A stretch of 64,000 bases of DNA from a phage, in NCBI GenBank assembly GCA_019338205.1, contig GCA_019338205.1_4761.1, one strand, 5' to 3'. The notes under the pieces were generated by a model. The model ran no database searches, was not told the origin of the DNA, and worked only from the letters and a program-made list of their open reading frames with translations. Below are positions 55,069 through 64,000 of this stretch, one piece after another (position 1 is the first letter of the stretch; the number at the start of each line of letters is the position of its first letter). The translations under genes and the position numbers were made by a program.

Positions 55069-58000
55069 TTAGTCTTCCCAGATAAAGTCTACGGTACGAG
55101 TCAGATTATTGGCGATGATTTTAACATTACCAACTTTGATCCAATCACGAACCGTCATAGAGTTCATTAAACCACCTTCTGCAACTACTGCCCCGATTTC
55201 CTGAGCGGTAGGCTTATTCTGTTTGGTGTAAATTTCACCCCATGCGGTCCATTGACCACCAGTACCGGAACGGATATAATGTTTATGAGTACCATCGGGG
55301 GACCAAAGCTGGGTAAGCCCGTCCGCGTCAGTACCCCATTGCATCAGAGTACCGTTTTTCTTCTCTGGATAAGTTTCTTTGATGTTCTGGGTAGAAACGC
55401 GCATATTCCAGAAACCGATGTTACCAATTGCTGGTGCAGTAGTAGCGATCGCTTCATGCTTAACTGATACAATAGACGCATTATCCATAATCAATTTACC
55501 AGTCATTGTATCACCAGCATTCTTAACAAACTGACGATTAAGAACTTCGTCTGCGTTTCCTGCGTGGACGATCTGATATTTCTGTCCGGCAATCTCTGTA
55601 GTAAGCGTCTGATAACCTGCTTTGATGTTAACACTTCCACCGTGACCGATATTCAGCATACCATCTGGGGAACGAGTCATTGCCGGATTAGACTGGTCAA
55701 CAATGTATAAACCGCCTTGTTTCGCATACAGGTTGCGACCTGCAATAAAGTCTCTATATGCTGTCGCGTCGCCATTGTGTTTCATAGCAAAGGCGTAATG
55801 CTCAACGACTCCACCATCATTGATTTTACCGAAAGCGATAGCATCACTATCAACAACTTGCGCTGTTCCAGTACCACCAACGATAATAGACCATGAGTTT
55901 TTCATGCCTTCCGATGCGGTTGTGCCATGCAGAGTAATTCCGGTGTGTCCGTCAACTCCACGCTCACCCAACACCAGATGACCATTACTCGGATCATCAG
56001 TAGAGTTCTTAGTCACAGACAGAGTTTCAAAGGAACCAGATTTTAAACAATCTAAATCGCCCTTCACGTTAACGTTTTTATTAAACGTGTAATTGCTCTC
56101 AATGGTCTGGTCAATGTCTCTACGCGCCCATTTAGCGGCCTCTACGTCACCCAATTTCAAACTATTCTGAGCGGTTGCCATCTTAGGTAAGAAATTAGCA
56201 AGTGCGTAGTTTAATCCTTTAGGGGTAACAGCAATTCCGTCATGCTGGTAGTTTCCTAGTTCTTGAGTAGAACCTTGCAGATTGTCACCAACAAAACAGT
56301 TTTCCTGAGTAGCAACTTTCAAGAAACCACGACGAGCTTCGGTTGCTTTCCATGTATCCTCTGTCTGAACAACATATTTGAAGTTCTTCGGAGAAATTGC
56401 TACATTAGCCAGTGTACCAGCCACGGTTTCGGCTTGAGTACCAACGCGGATAATACCTTCTTTACCTTCGGTGGCCTTTTTGCCTTGCAGCTTTTTAGGA
56501 GTGATGATTGTAGTATCATCTTGACCAACATCCGTAAGCTGAGTAGTAGCAACTTTAGCGACACCTTTTGTGTCTTCGGTTGCATCAAGACCTCTGATCA
56601 TGATACCTTGCCACAAGTCACCAGTAAGGTTAAGCCCCTGAGTCGGGTCTACTTTCAAACGCTGTGCATTCTCAAAGAAGGTTTTAATCTTCAATGGGGT
56701 AGAAATGCGAGCATCGTCACGACCTGCGTCAAACTCTTCTTGAGTTGCAATTTCTGCTAAACCATGTAAAGTTTCCGTTGCGCGGCGAGTATGCAGCTTT
56801 TTAGGCGTGATGATATGGTTATCACTTTGACCTAAGTTTGTTTCTTCCTGAGTTGCAATTTCAGCGATACCAGTACGCGATTCGGTAGCAGTACGTTTCG
56901 TTAGCGTGCGAGTCGTGATTAGTAAAGCATCTTGCGGGGTTGATTCTGTAGCCCCTTGCACTTCCGCGTCAGTTGCCAGATACCCAACACCACGGGAAGT
57001 TTCGGTCGCCTTAACTTCGTTGATGTTTTGCGGAGTAACGATTTTAGCGTGGTCATTGATGTTATAGATCCCTGTACCAGCTTCACCCCTTAGAGCGGCA
57101 GCATTACCGCCTACCTGAACAATTTCAGCGATACCAGCAAGATCCTCTGACGCTCGACGCTCTTCTAACTTCTTAGGAGTGATTGCGCGGGTATCGTCTA
57201 AACCTTCGTTGGTTTCATGTTGAGTTGCAATTTCCATCACACCACGACGGTCTTCGGTAGCAACACAGTCATTTAACTTTTTAGGTGTAACGATAACATC
57301 ATCCAGGAAGCTGGAACCAGTATCTTGATGCGTTTCCGCTTGAGTTGCAATGCGAGCAATACCGCGTCGAGTTTCGTTGGCTGTTTTATTAGCCAGAACC
57401 TTTGGAGTCACCGCAACTTCGTCGCTAGGATTCTCTTCATGGTTTTTATTCGTTTCAGTCTGGGTAGCCAGTGCAATTACACCAACACGATCTTTACGAG
57501 TCGGATCTACTCGTTCTACAATCGGGTGAGCATGTGCCACCAACCAGTATTTCTTACCATCATCACCTTCTGAATAAGAGAACTCCAGATAAGGTACATA
57601 ATCATTTGCAGCGTTGAAAGACAATTCAGATACTCCCGTCCATGTATCGGTCCCATTGAATGGGTACTCGCTACGCTTAGGAAACTGAACCGTGTTTTTC
57701 TGCATAAGGATTTTTGTATCCTCTTCTGAGGTAATGATTCGGCAAGTCTGGTTTCCGCGCATATACTGCATAGAAACTTGAATACGATCACCCGGCTCGA
57801 CATTGGTCGGTAAAGTCAAGGTAACATCACGATCACCAAATACTGCAACATAGCTATTAGGGGATAAGCGAGTATCACTAATGATAGGATTCAAGCGAAC
57901 AGACTGATCACCATCCCACAAACGCCATAAGTTTTCCGGTTTGTCAAATATGAATACACCATGACCGCTACGCTTACCAACAATTTCTTTTACCCCGAAA

Positions 58001-58809
58001 GTACCGATCGATTGTTCTTGCGCACCTTCATGCACTTTTACCGTAACATGGTTGGTTGCAGTCAATCCGTCAAGATCGGTAGTCTGGATCATATCACCGT
58101 TATTAGCAAACTTAGGAAGCATCAAAACAATGTTACCCAAAGAACTACGGCGGAATACCTGATCACCGTTTTGCATCTGGATCGGGTCGATAGATGGTTG
58201 TGCATATACCCCGCGTGGCTCCGTTCCCGTCTGGTAAACGTGCCAGCGATTGCGAACAAAAATGAAGTAGTTCATTGCATAAGGGGTAGTACAGTACCAT
58301 TTGCGGTTGTTTACCACACCATTATGATAGAACTCATGACCAACCGAAAGGAACGATAACTCATTAACACCGCACTTGCCACCGATATCTTTTACTGTTA
58401 TAGTGTCGCCCTCTACAGGATTAGTAGGCATTGAGAATGTCAAGTTTGCAAACTGACAGTCCGCTGCGATATAGTCACCGGACTTTAAAGGAGTATCGCC
58501 GGAAGTTGCTGCAACATAATCCCAACGTGGGTCCGTGCGCAGTGCTTGCCATTTAGTCGGGTCAAAGTCACCTGCTGGTTTTGCGATATCTTCTTTTGCA
58601 TAATACGGACGGTTTTGATAGATTGTAGTGCCGTATTGATCATAACCGCGAGTTGTGTCATACTGAGTAATACCATTATGGTAATTGAAAAATTCAACGT
58701 TGACCGCATCCGTTGATGTGTTTTTATCTGCGTATGCTACATTGACGACCTTTTCATTACCAGCGTCAAAGCCAAAGGTGGCCTTGAAATGTTGAGAAAA
58801 ATCTGCCAT
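55069..58809 (-). CDS. 34: long tail fibre proximal subunit gp34
   Basis: 1246 aa; repeated ...ETRRGIARIATQAE... / ...TPKKL... modules and FPKRSEYP...YVPYLEFSY match remembered T4 gp34. Confidence 0.93.
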   Translation of the reverse strand: MADFSQHFKATFGFDAGNEKVVNVAYADKNTSTDAVNVEFFNYHNGITQYDTTRGYDQYGTTIYQNRPYYAKEDIAKPAGDFDPTKWQALRTDPRWDYVAATSGDTPLKSGDYIAADCQFANLTFSMPTNPVEGDTITVKDIGGKCGVNELSFLSVGHEFYHNGVVNNRKWYCTTPYAMNYFIFVRNRWHVYQTGTEPRGVYAQPSIDPIQMQNGDQVFRRSSLGNIVLMLPKFANNGDMIQTTDLDGLTATNHVTVKVHEGAQEQSIGTFGVKEIVGKRSGHGVFIFDKPENLWRLWDGDQSVRLNPIISDTRLSPNSYVAVFGDRDVTLTLPTNVEPGDRIQVSMQYMRGNQTCRIITSEEDTKILMQKNTVQFPKRSEYPFNGTDTWTGVSELSFNAANDYVPYLEFSYSEGDDGKKYWLVAHAHPIVERVDPTRKDRVGVIALATQTETNKNHEENPSDEVAVTPKVLANKTANETRRGIARIATQAETHQDTGSSFLDDVIVTPKKLNDCVATEDRRGVMEIATQHETNEGLDDTRAITPKKLEERRASEDLAGIAEIVQVGGNAAALRGEAGTGIYNINDHAKIVTPQNINEVKATETSRGVGYLATDAEVQGATESTPQDALLITTRTLTKRTATESRTGIAEIATQEETNLGQSDNHIITPKKLHTRRATETLHGLAEIATQEEFDAGRDDARISTPLKIKTFFENAQRLKVDPTQGLNLTGDLWQGIMIRGLDATEDTKGVAKVATTQLTDVGQDDTTIITPKKLQGKKATEGKEGIIRVGTQAETVAGTLANVAISPKNFKYVVQTEDTWKATEARRGFLKVATQENCFVGDNLQGSTQELGNYQHDGIAVTPKGLNYALANFLPKMATAQNSLKLGDVEAAKWARRDIDQTIESNYTFNKNVNVKGDLDCLKSGSFETLSVTKNSTDDPSNGHLVLGERGVDGHTGITLHGTTASEGMKNSWSIIVGGTGTAQVVDSDAIAFGKINDGGVVEHYAFAMKHNGDATAYRDFIAGRNLYAKQGGLYIVDQSNPAMTRSPDGMLNIGHGGSVNIKAGYQTLTTEIAGQKYQIVHAGNADEVLNRQFVKNAGDTMTGKLIMDNASIVSVKHEAIATTAPAIGNIGFWNMRVSTQNIKETYPEKKNGTLMQWGTDADGLTQLWSPDGTHKHYIRSGTGGQWTAWGEIYTKQNKPTAQEIGAVVAEGGLMNSMTVRDWIKVGNVKIIANNLTRTVDFIWED

Positions 58810-58843
58810 TATTGGGTCTCCTGTTATAATATGAAATTATTTA

Positions 58844-59425
58844 TTGTGTGAGGTGTTTGTTGTGGCAAAAACAAAATTTTGGGATATCGAGACACAGAAA
58901 GCGATAAAAGGTAGATTCTATCATGTCGATGGAATATTATACCATTTAAAGGATTCTGTAGCTGCTGGATTCCGAAAAGAAGGGTCCATATACAAAAAAG
59001 GTGATGTGGTAAGGGTATGTCTCCATAAAGAAGGATATTTATACTTTACATTTTACAACAATGATCATAAACTTAATCTGTTTGTACATAGAGTTGTCTG
59101 GTTTTTAGAGTATGGTACTCAGGTTGAACGAATAGATCACATAGACCAAGACAAAACTAACAATAGACCGTCAAACATGAGAGAAGCAACCGAACAGCAA
59201 AATCAGTTTAACGTCTCAAAGAAAAAGGCTTGCCATAGCAAATATAAAGGTGTATCATTATCACCAAGCAAGAAAAAGCCGTGGAAGGCGTATATTGTTA
59301 TCAATCGAAAGAATATACATCTAGGATACTTTGAGACAGAAGTTGAGGCGGCTAAGGCTTATGACCGTGCAGCACATGAAATAGTTGGCGAGTATGCTTA
59401 TTTAAATTTTCCAAAAAGAGGATGA
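58844..59425 (+). mobile_element. free-standing HNH homing endonuclease with C-terminal AP2 DNA-binding domain
   Basis: HNH motif HRVVWFLEYGTQVERIDHIDQDKTNNRPSNM; AP2 motif YKGVSLSPSKKKPWKAYIVINRKNIHLGYFETEVEAAKAYDRAA; TTG/GTG start, exact start uncertain. Confidence 0.85.
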
Positions 59426-59431
59426 TATATT

Positions 59432-59617
59432 ATGGTTAAAGTTGATTTGTCGGACGGTGCAAAATGGGTAGTTGACAGAATCCCTGATAGGGATTATAAT
59501 TATTTCCGTGCCGAATTAAACAATGCAATTCTGCGAGTTATGGAGAAGTACGGGTATGATCGTGAAGTATCTAACTCGTTTGGCGAATATGTTGTTGTGA
59601 GAGTGGAGAGAACTTAA
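59432..59617 (+). CDS. small hypothetical protein
   Basis: 61 aa; AAGAGGATGATATATT leader. Confidence 0.55.
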   Translation: MVKVDLSDGAKWVVDRIPDRDYNYFRAELNNAILRVMEKYGYDREVSNSFGEYVVVRVERT

Positions 59618-59619
59618 TT

Positions 59620-60567
59620 ATGACGTATAACCCGTTTACAAAAACTACCGCTACACTTAATGATTTCTTTGATGATCCAGAAGATAAACTACCGGAAGGT
59701 GTGCATTTGATTGATATGTCGCAGCTTATGATTGCTACTATCTCGCATACCTTTAAACCGGAAGATCCTATTAATGAAGGCATGATCCGTCATCTTATCC
59801 TTGACACCATGCGTTATAATATGACAAAATTCAAAGAGCAATACCCAATTACGGTACTTGCCTTTGATTCAAGTAAAGGTTACTGGCGACGTGATATCGC
59901 CCCTTACTATAAACGCAACCGTAAGGAAAAACGAGACGCAGATCCGCGTGATTGGGAGATGATCTTTGCTGCGATCAATAAGATCACCGAAGAGTTTAAA
60001 GAGAACATGCCTTATCACGTTATTAAGGTTGACAAAGTTGAAGCAGATGATATAATCGCTGTATTAACTAAAAAGTTTTCTGTCGAAGGTCGCCAGGTGC
60101 TGATCAACTCAGGTGATGGTGACTACACACAGTTGCACAAATACAAAAACGTGAAACAGTGGTCGCCAGTACAGAAAGCGTGGAAGAAATGCAAATATGG
60201 TAGCCCTTACAAAGACCTTATGGTAAAATGTGTTAAGGGTGACGCAAAAGACGGTGTAGCTTCTATCAAGTGCCGTAGTGATTTCATTATCTCACGACTG
60301 GAAGGGGAACGAGCTAAACCAATTGCAACCAAATGGTTAGAGCAAATTTTCGATGCCGAAGATCCAAAGTCTTTGATGACAGAGGAAGAAGCAAGACGTT
60401 TTGACGAAAACCGAGAACTTATTGATTTCGAATTTATTCCCGATAACATCGAATATGAAATTTTGTTAGCATGGGAAAAATCTAAACCAGCACCACGCGG
60501 TAAAATTTATAACTATTTTGTAACAAATGCGTTAGTTAAAATGTTGCAGAAAATTGGTGAGTTCTAA
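59620..60567 (+). CDS. rnh: RNase H (5'-3' flap exonuclease)
   Basis: GYWRRD, FSVEGRQVLINSGDGDYTQLHKYKNVKQWSP, GDAKDGVASIK, LIDFEFIPDNI match remembered T4 RNase H. Confidence 0.93.
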   Translation: MTYNPFTKTTATLNDFFDDPEDKLPEGVHLIDMSQLMIATISHTFKPEDPINEGMIRHLILDTMRYNMTKFKEQYPITVLAFDSSKGYWRRDIAPYYKRNRKEKRDADPRDWEMIFAAINKITEEFKENMPYHVIKVDKVEADDIIAVLTKKFSVEGRQVLINSGDGDYTQLHKYKNVKQWSPVQKAWKKCKYGSPYKDLMVKCVKGDAKDGVASIKCRSDFIISRLEGERAKPIATKWLEQIFDAEDPKSLMTEEEARRFDENRELIDFEFIPDNIEYEILLAWEKSKPAPRGKIYNYFVTNALVKMLQKIGEF

Positions 60568-60577
60568 GGGTTGACAT

Positions 60578-61174
60578 ATGAAAGAACTTGAATTAAAATA
60601 CTATGCACACTCACAAATTGGCGTCGAAACAATCTGTGATTTGTGGGTAGCAATGTATGACGGGTACAATCTAGTAGATCGTGCTAACACTCTAAAACAC
60701 GAATTTTATTATGATACCGAAGATCATGCACTACGTCGAAAAGGAATTTATGCTCGACTTGACGTTAATAGATCATTGATCATGGTCAAAATAGGTGATA
60801 GTGAATCTGGACTCTTCAACCGAGAAGAAATTACTTTTTCAACAACGGATGATTTCTATCACTATGTTGATAGTCTAGGCGTAAACTACGACCTTATCGT
60901 TCCTTTACTTCAAGTAATGACATACCGCAAGTCATTGACACTTGACCTTGAGGGTGCTATAGTGGAAATGTGCAAAGACACTTTCTATTATTGCAAAGTC
61001 GGCGAAAGAATGGGAGAGGCTCACTATGAACTTGAGTTCGAGTTAAAATCAGGTGATGAAAAAGCACTTGACATTATCCGAGAAATGATGCTAGAATATG
61101 TTGGTGACGATTTAAGTCCTAGCGAAATTTCAAAAGCTGAACGTGGTTTTCAATTAATGACGAAAGAGGGTTAA
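60578..61174 (+). CDS. CYTH-like (triphosphate tunnel metalloenzyme) domain protein
   Basis: N-terminal ExExK (MKELELKYY), Arg-rich strand LRRKGIYARLD, C-terminal YELEFELK; 198 aa; family assignment from motifs only. Confidence 0.7.
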   Translation: MKELELKYYAHSQIGVETICDLWVAMYDGYNLVDRANTLKHEFYYDTEDHALRRKGIYARLDVNRSLIMVKIGDSESGLFNREEITFSTTDDFYHYVDSLGVNYDLIVPLLQVMTYRKSLTLDLEGAIVEMCKDTFYYCKVGERMGEAHYELEFELKSGDEKALDIIREMMLEYVGDDLSPSEISKAERGFQLMTKEG

Positions 61175-61178
61175 TATT

Positions 61179-61454
61179 ATGACTGAACAGAAAAAAGAAA
61201 AAGTAGTATTTGACGAAGCAGTGCACGGAAATACCCTGGCACAACTGATTAAAGAAGCCAGCGATCAGAAAACCATTCAAGAAGCATACGGCGATAAGAT
61301 CAAAGAGATCAAACAGCGTGCTAAAGAAGAATTAGGCGTAGATGGTAAAATGTGGGGCATTCTGTTTAAACTGTATCACCAGCAACAGCGCGAAACCTTC
61401 GAAGCAGAACGCGATGAAGCTGTAGAACTCTATGATCGGGTGTTCAATGCTTAA
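61179..61454 (+). CDS. hypothetical protein at the position of T4 dsbA
   Basis: 91 aa between rnh and gp33; assignment by synteny and size. Confidence 0.6.
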   Translation: MTEQKKEKVVFDEAVHGNTLAQLIKEASDQKTIQEAYGDKIKEIKQRAKEELGVDGKMWGILFKLYHQQQRETFEAERDEAVELYDRVFNA

Positions 61455-61701
61455 TGAACATGCGGTAAAAGCCGCGAACAAAACAGCAAACGGTCTTGCA
61501 ATAGAAAAACTGGTTGTTGAAGAGGGATTGACTTATCTTGAAGCGACAACGCAGTTTGTAGAGGAAAACTCTATCGAATATGGTCACTATCAGAAGTATA
61601 TTCCGGTGTCCATTATTGACAAGATCACACAAGAATGTATAGTAAATAGAACGCTCAGGAAGGGAGTGATCGACGAACCGACCAACACTCTCGATATTTA
61701 A
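61447..61701 (+). CDS. 33: late transcription co-activator gp33
   Basis: IEKLVVEEGLTYLEATTQFVEENSIE matches remembered T4 gp33 (EKMVEEFGMSYLEATTAFLEENSIP). Confidence 0.85.
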   Translation: MLNEHAVKAANKTANGLAIEKLVVEEGLTYLEATTQFVEENSIEYGHYQKYIPVSIIDKITQECIVNRTLRKGVIDEPTNTLDI

Positions 61702-61710
61702 GGGGTATGT

Positions 61711-62391
61711 ATGATCAGAAACCGTCTTCCTCCAGATCCAGATATGCGAATTAATGCTAAATCTGTGTATATGTTATATTGCATGATGAAAGCTCACATG
61801 AACGGGCGTTATGATTGCGTAAAATACAATTGGAGGATGCGGTTGTCTGATGCCGCATTCAATAAACGCAGAGATAAGTATTATTTCGCAAAATTAGCGG
61901 AAAAGTACAATCTAAGAGAATTATACTTCCTATTCCTAAGCAATCTGGTAGCTAATACCGATGCATGGGTAGGTGAAATCACTGATGTTGACGCATACGG
62001 CTTTTATATGGAATACATAGGAAAGATAACCGATGCAGCAACACGATTTGACGATGACATTAAAAGTCTGGTATACTTCTCCGAGAAACGCGGGGTTACT
62101 CTTAAAGAGCTAATTACATACAATCCCGCAACCGAAACTAGCGGTATCTTTAAACTACTGCAAAATCGGATTATATCGTTTGAGTCGTTTATGTTGTTGG
62201 ATAGCTTTCTAAATATAATCGATGAACACGACAAGGTAGCCAAAGACTTGATTTGGCAAACTTATAGTGTTAAAATGAAGGCGTACAAGAAACTACTTGT
62301 TATTGACGCCGCAAAAGCAAGAGCATTATTTGTTAAAGTAGTTAAAGAGTGTAAAGAAATATCTCAATTAAAAGCCGAAACAAATAGTTGA
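61711..62391 (+). CDS. 59: helicase loader gp59
   Basis: YMLYCMMKAHMNGRYDCVKYNW...YYFAKLAEKYNLRELYFLF matches remembered T4 gp59. Confidence 0.9.
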   Translation: MIRNRLPPDPDMRINAKSVYMLYCMMKAHMNGRYDCVKYNWRMRLSDAAFNKRRDKYYFAKLAEKYNLRELYFLFLSNLVANTDAWVGEITDVDAYGFYMEYIGKITDAATRFDDDIKSLVYFSEKRGVTLKELITYNPATETSGIFKLLQNRIISFESFMLLDSFLNIIDEHDKVAKDLIWQTYSVKMKAYKKLLVIDAAKARALFVKVVKECKEISQLKAETNS

Positions 62392-62415
62392 CAAGTAAAC
62401 TTAAATCTGTATAAT
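62388..62415 (+). promoter_or_regulatory. sigma70-type promoter upstream of gene 32
   Basis: TTGACA 62388-62393, 16-nt spacer, TATAAT 62410-62415. Confidence 0.6.
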
Positions 62416-62451
62416 AGTCTAGTAAATTAATCAAAAGAAGGAATAGTGAAT

Positions 62452-63420
62452 ATGTTTAAACGCCAAGATTCTTCCAAACTGCAAGCTCAACTGGCCGCAC
62501 TGAAAGGTGGCAACGGTTTCTCCAAAGAAGATCCGAAAGAGTGGAAGATTAAGACTGATGCAGCAGGTAACGGTGAAGCCCTGATTCGCTTCCTGCCGTC
62601 TAAGACAGAAGACGGTCTGCCGATTGTGAAACTGGTAAACCATTCCTTCAAAGTTAATGGTAAATGGTATTGGGAAAACTGCTCCAGCACCCACGGTGAT
62701 TTTGATTCTTGCCCTGTGTGCAAATATATTAACGAAAAAGATCTGTACAATACCGATAAAACAGAATGGCAACTGATTAAGCGTAAAGCCTCTTACTACG
62801 CAAATATTCTGGTACTGAAAGATCCTCAAGCACCAGAAAATGAAGGTAAGGTATTCAAATTCCGCTTCGGTCAGAAAATTTATGATAAGATCGTTGCAAT
62901 GGTGAACGTGAATACCGACATGGGCGAAGTTCCGGTAGATGTAACTTGTGTGTTCTCCGGTGCTAACTTCCTCCTGAAAGCTAAGAAGGTTGATAAACAC
63001 CAGAACTATGATGATTCTCGTTTCATGCAGCAATCACAGCTTCCGAAAATTGAAGACGAAGCATATCAGAAATATCTGATGGAAAACATGGTTGATCTGA
63101 GTGAGATTGTAGCGCCTAGCCAGTTTAAACCGTTCGATGAACTGGAAACCAAATTTAAGAAAACTATGGGCGTTTCTATGGTAGCTGGTGCTGCGGCTTC
63201 CAGTGCTGCGGCAGCGATTAACAGCCAGCTTGACGATTTTGACGCACAGATGAATGCATTCGATTCTGGTATGACCGCAGCTAGCACTGTAGTTGGTATT
63301 AACGCAGCTAGCACGGCGTTAGATTCTTCCGCTGATGACCTGATGGCATCTCTGGACCTGGGTGGCGGTACTTCCTCCGCTTCTGATCTGGATGATCTTG
63401 ACGCTCTGTTAGGGATGTAA
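62452..63420 (+). CDS. 32: single-stranded DNA-binding protein gp32
   Basis: MFKRQDSS...[10 protein letters not shown]...[20 protein letters not shown]...[12 protein letters not shown] and acidic C-terminus match remembered T4 gp32; ATG 62452. Confidence 0.95.
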   Translation: MFKRQDSSKLQAQLAALKGGNGFSKEDPKEWKIKTDAAGNGEALIRFLPSKTEDGLPIVKLVNHSFKVNGKWYWENCSSTHGDFDSCPVCKYINEKDLYNTDKTEWQLIKRKASYYANILVLKDPQAPENEGKVFKFRFGQKIYDKIVAMVNVNTDMGEVPVDVTCVFSGANFLLKAKKVDKHQNYDDSRFMQQSQLPKIEDEAYQKYLMENMVDLSEIVAPSQFKPFDELETKFKKTMGVSMVAGAAASSAAAAINSQLDDFDAQMNAFDSGMTAASTVVGINAASTALDSSADDLMASLDLGGGTSSASDLDDLDALLGM

Positions 63421-63430
63421 TGAATTTTAC

Positions 63431-63458
63431 AGCCTCCCTCCGGGGAGGCTTTTTTATT
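63431..63458 (+). terminator. rho-independent terminator after gene 32
   Basis: AGCCTCCC-TCCG-GGGAGGCT hairpin followed by TTTTTTATT. Confidence 0.75.
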
Positions 63459-63481
63459 GCCTAAAATTTTATGAAAAGGTG

Positions 63482-63509
63482 TTGACATGCTTATGTGGTA
63501 ATGTATAAT
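63482..63509 (+). promoter_or_regulatory. sigma70-type early promoter
   Basis: TTGACA 63482-63487, 16-nt spacer, TATAAT 63504-63509. Confidence 0.6.
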
Positions 63510-63539
63510 GCACACATCGAAACAATGGAGGATAAAAAT

Positions 63540-64000
63540 ATGTTAGTACGTCAAGCGCATGAAATTGAATGGACTAAGGAGAAACATAATTGTAGAGCGA
63601 AAAGCCCAACAGATTTTTATGGTAAAATTTTAGAAATATGTAAAACAGAAAATTTAGTTTTTGTCGGCTTTGTTGGTGAGTGGAAAGGATGCCGCACAAA
63701 AATAAAACTTAGCTGCAAACACGGTCATGAATGGATATCTTCCATATTACATTTTGTGTATCAAAATACTCGCTGTCCTGTATGTGTTGGTAGATTGTCT
63801 ATCGACGATAGAATGATACAGATTAATCAAGTTTGCAATTCTTTAGGTTATGTAATAATTAAGATCCACGAAGAATGGAAAAACACAGAAACTAAAATTG
63901 ATGTTAAATGTTTATGTGATTATATATGGACAACAACAATACATAGAGTCATACATGGGACTACAGGTTGCAGAAAGTGTGCTACATATGGATACAATAC
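63540..64000 (+). CDS. Cys/His-rich repeat protein, partial (runs off the window end); possible free-standing endonuclease
   Basis: ATG about 63540 after GGAGGATAAAAAT; two repeated modules C.HGHEW...CPVCVG and KCLCDYIW...GCRKC; 3' end not in window. Confidence 0.45.
   Translation, partial: MLVRQAHEIEWTKEKHNCRAKSPTDFYGKILEICKTENLVFVGFVGEWKGCRTKIKLSCKHGHEWISSILHFVYQNTRCPVCVGRLSIDDRMIQINQVCNSLGYVIIKIHEEWKNTETKIDVKCLCDYIWTTTIHRVIHGTTGCRKCATYGYN

Noticed and set aside
49736-58359. Plus-strand ORFs on the track inside the tail-fibre genes (for example 49762-50145, 56263-56760, 57961-58359)
   Set aside because: All are antisense to the long, clearly homologous gp34/gp37 reading frames and have no ribosome-binding sites.
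62431-63515. Minus-strand ORFs 62431-63033 and 63066-63515 antisense to gene 32
   Set aside because: gp32 identity is unambiguous on the plus strand; the antisense frames lack start signals.
1-64000. CRISPR arrays, tRNA or rRNA genes
   Set aside because: No regularly spaced direct repeats with unique spacers and no cloverleaf-like or rRNA-like segments were found by eye in intergenic regions; a tRNAscan-type search would be needed to exclude tRNAs formally.

Overview
This window is a T4-like (Tevenvirinae) myovirus genome segment, read by eye against remembered T4 proteins; no searches were run. The plus strand carries the early/replication module in T4 transcription order: nrdD, nrdG, glutaredoxin, gp55, gp47, gp46, gp45, gp44, gp62, regA, gp43, uvsX, gp41, gp61, a gp56-like NTP pyrophosphatase, dda, dexA, an unsplit topoisomerase gp39/60, rIIA, rIIB and gp52. 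The minus strand carries a late module: long tail fibre genes 34-35-36-37, three small glycine-rich ORFs, and holin t. The plus strand then resumes with an HNH-AP2 endonuclease, rnh, dsbA-like, gp33, gp59 and gp32. No dCMP hydroxymethylase or glucosyltransferase genes sit between uvsX and gp43, and no motA/asiA was recognised, which points to an RB49-like phage rather than T4 itself. Between the core genes are many small ORFs driven by sigma70-type promoters with an inverted repeat across the -10 (PeSL-like). The most interesting candidates are an eight-gene repeat-domain family around nrdD-nrdG, the triplicated glycine-rich late ORFs, a CYTH-like protein, a DUF2829/Tad2-like small protein, a secreted LprI-like protein and a 489-aa P-loop protein. 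No rRNA, tRNA or CRISPR array was recognised. Coordinates of features not on the supplied ORF track are hand-counted and may be off by 1-3 nt.
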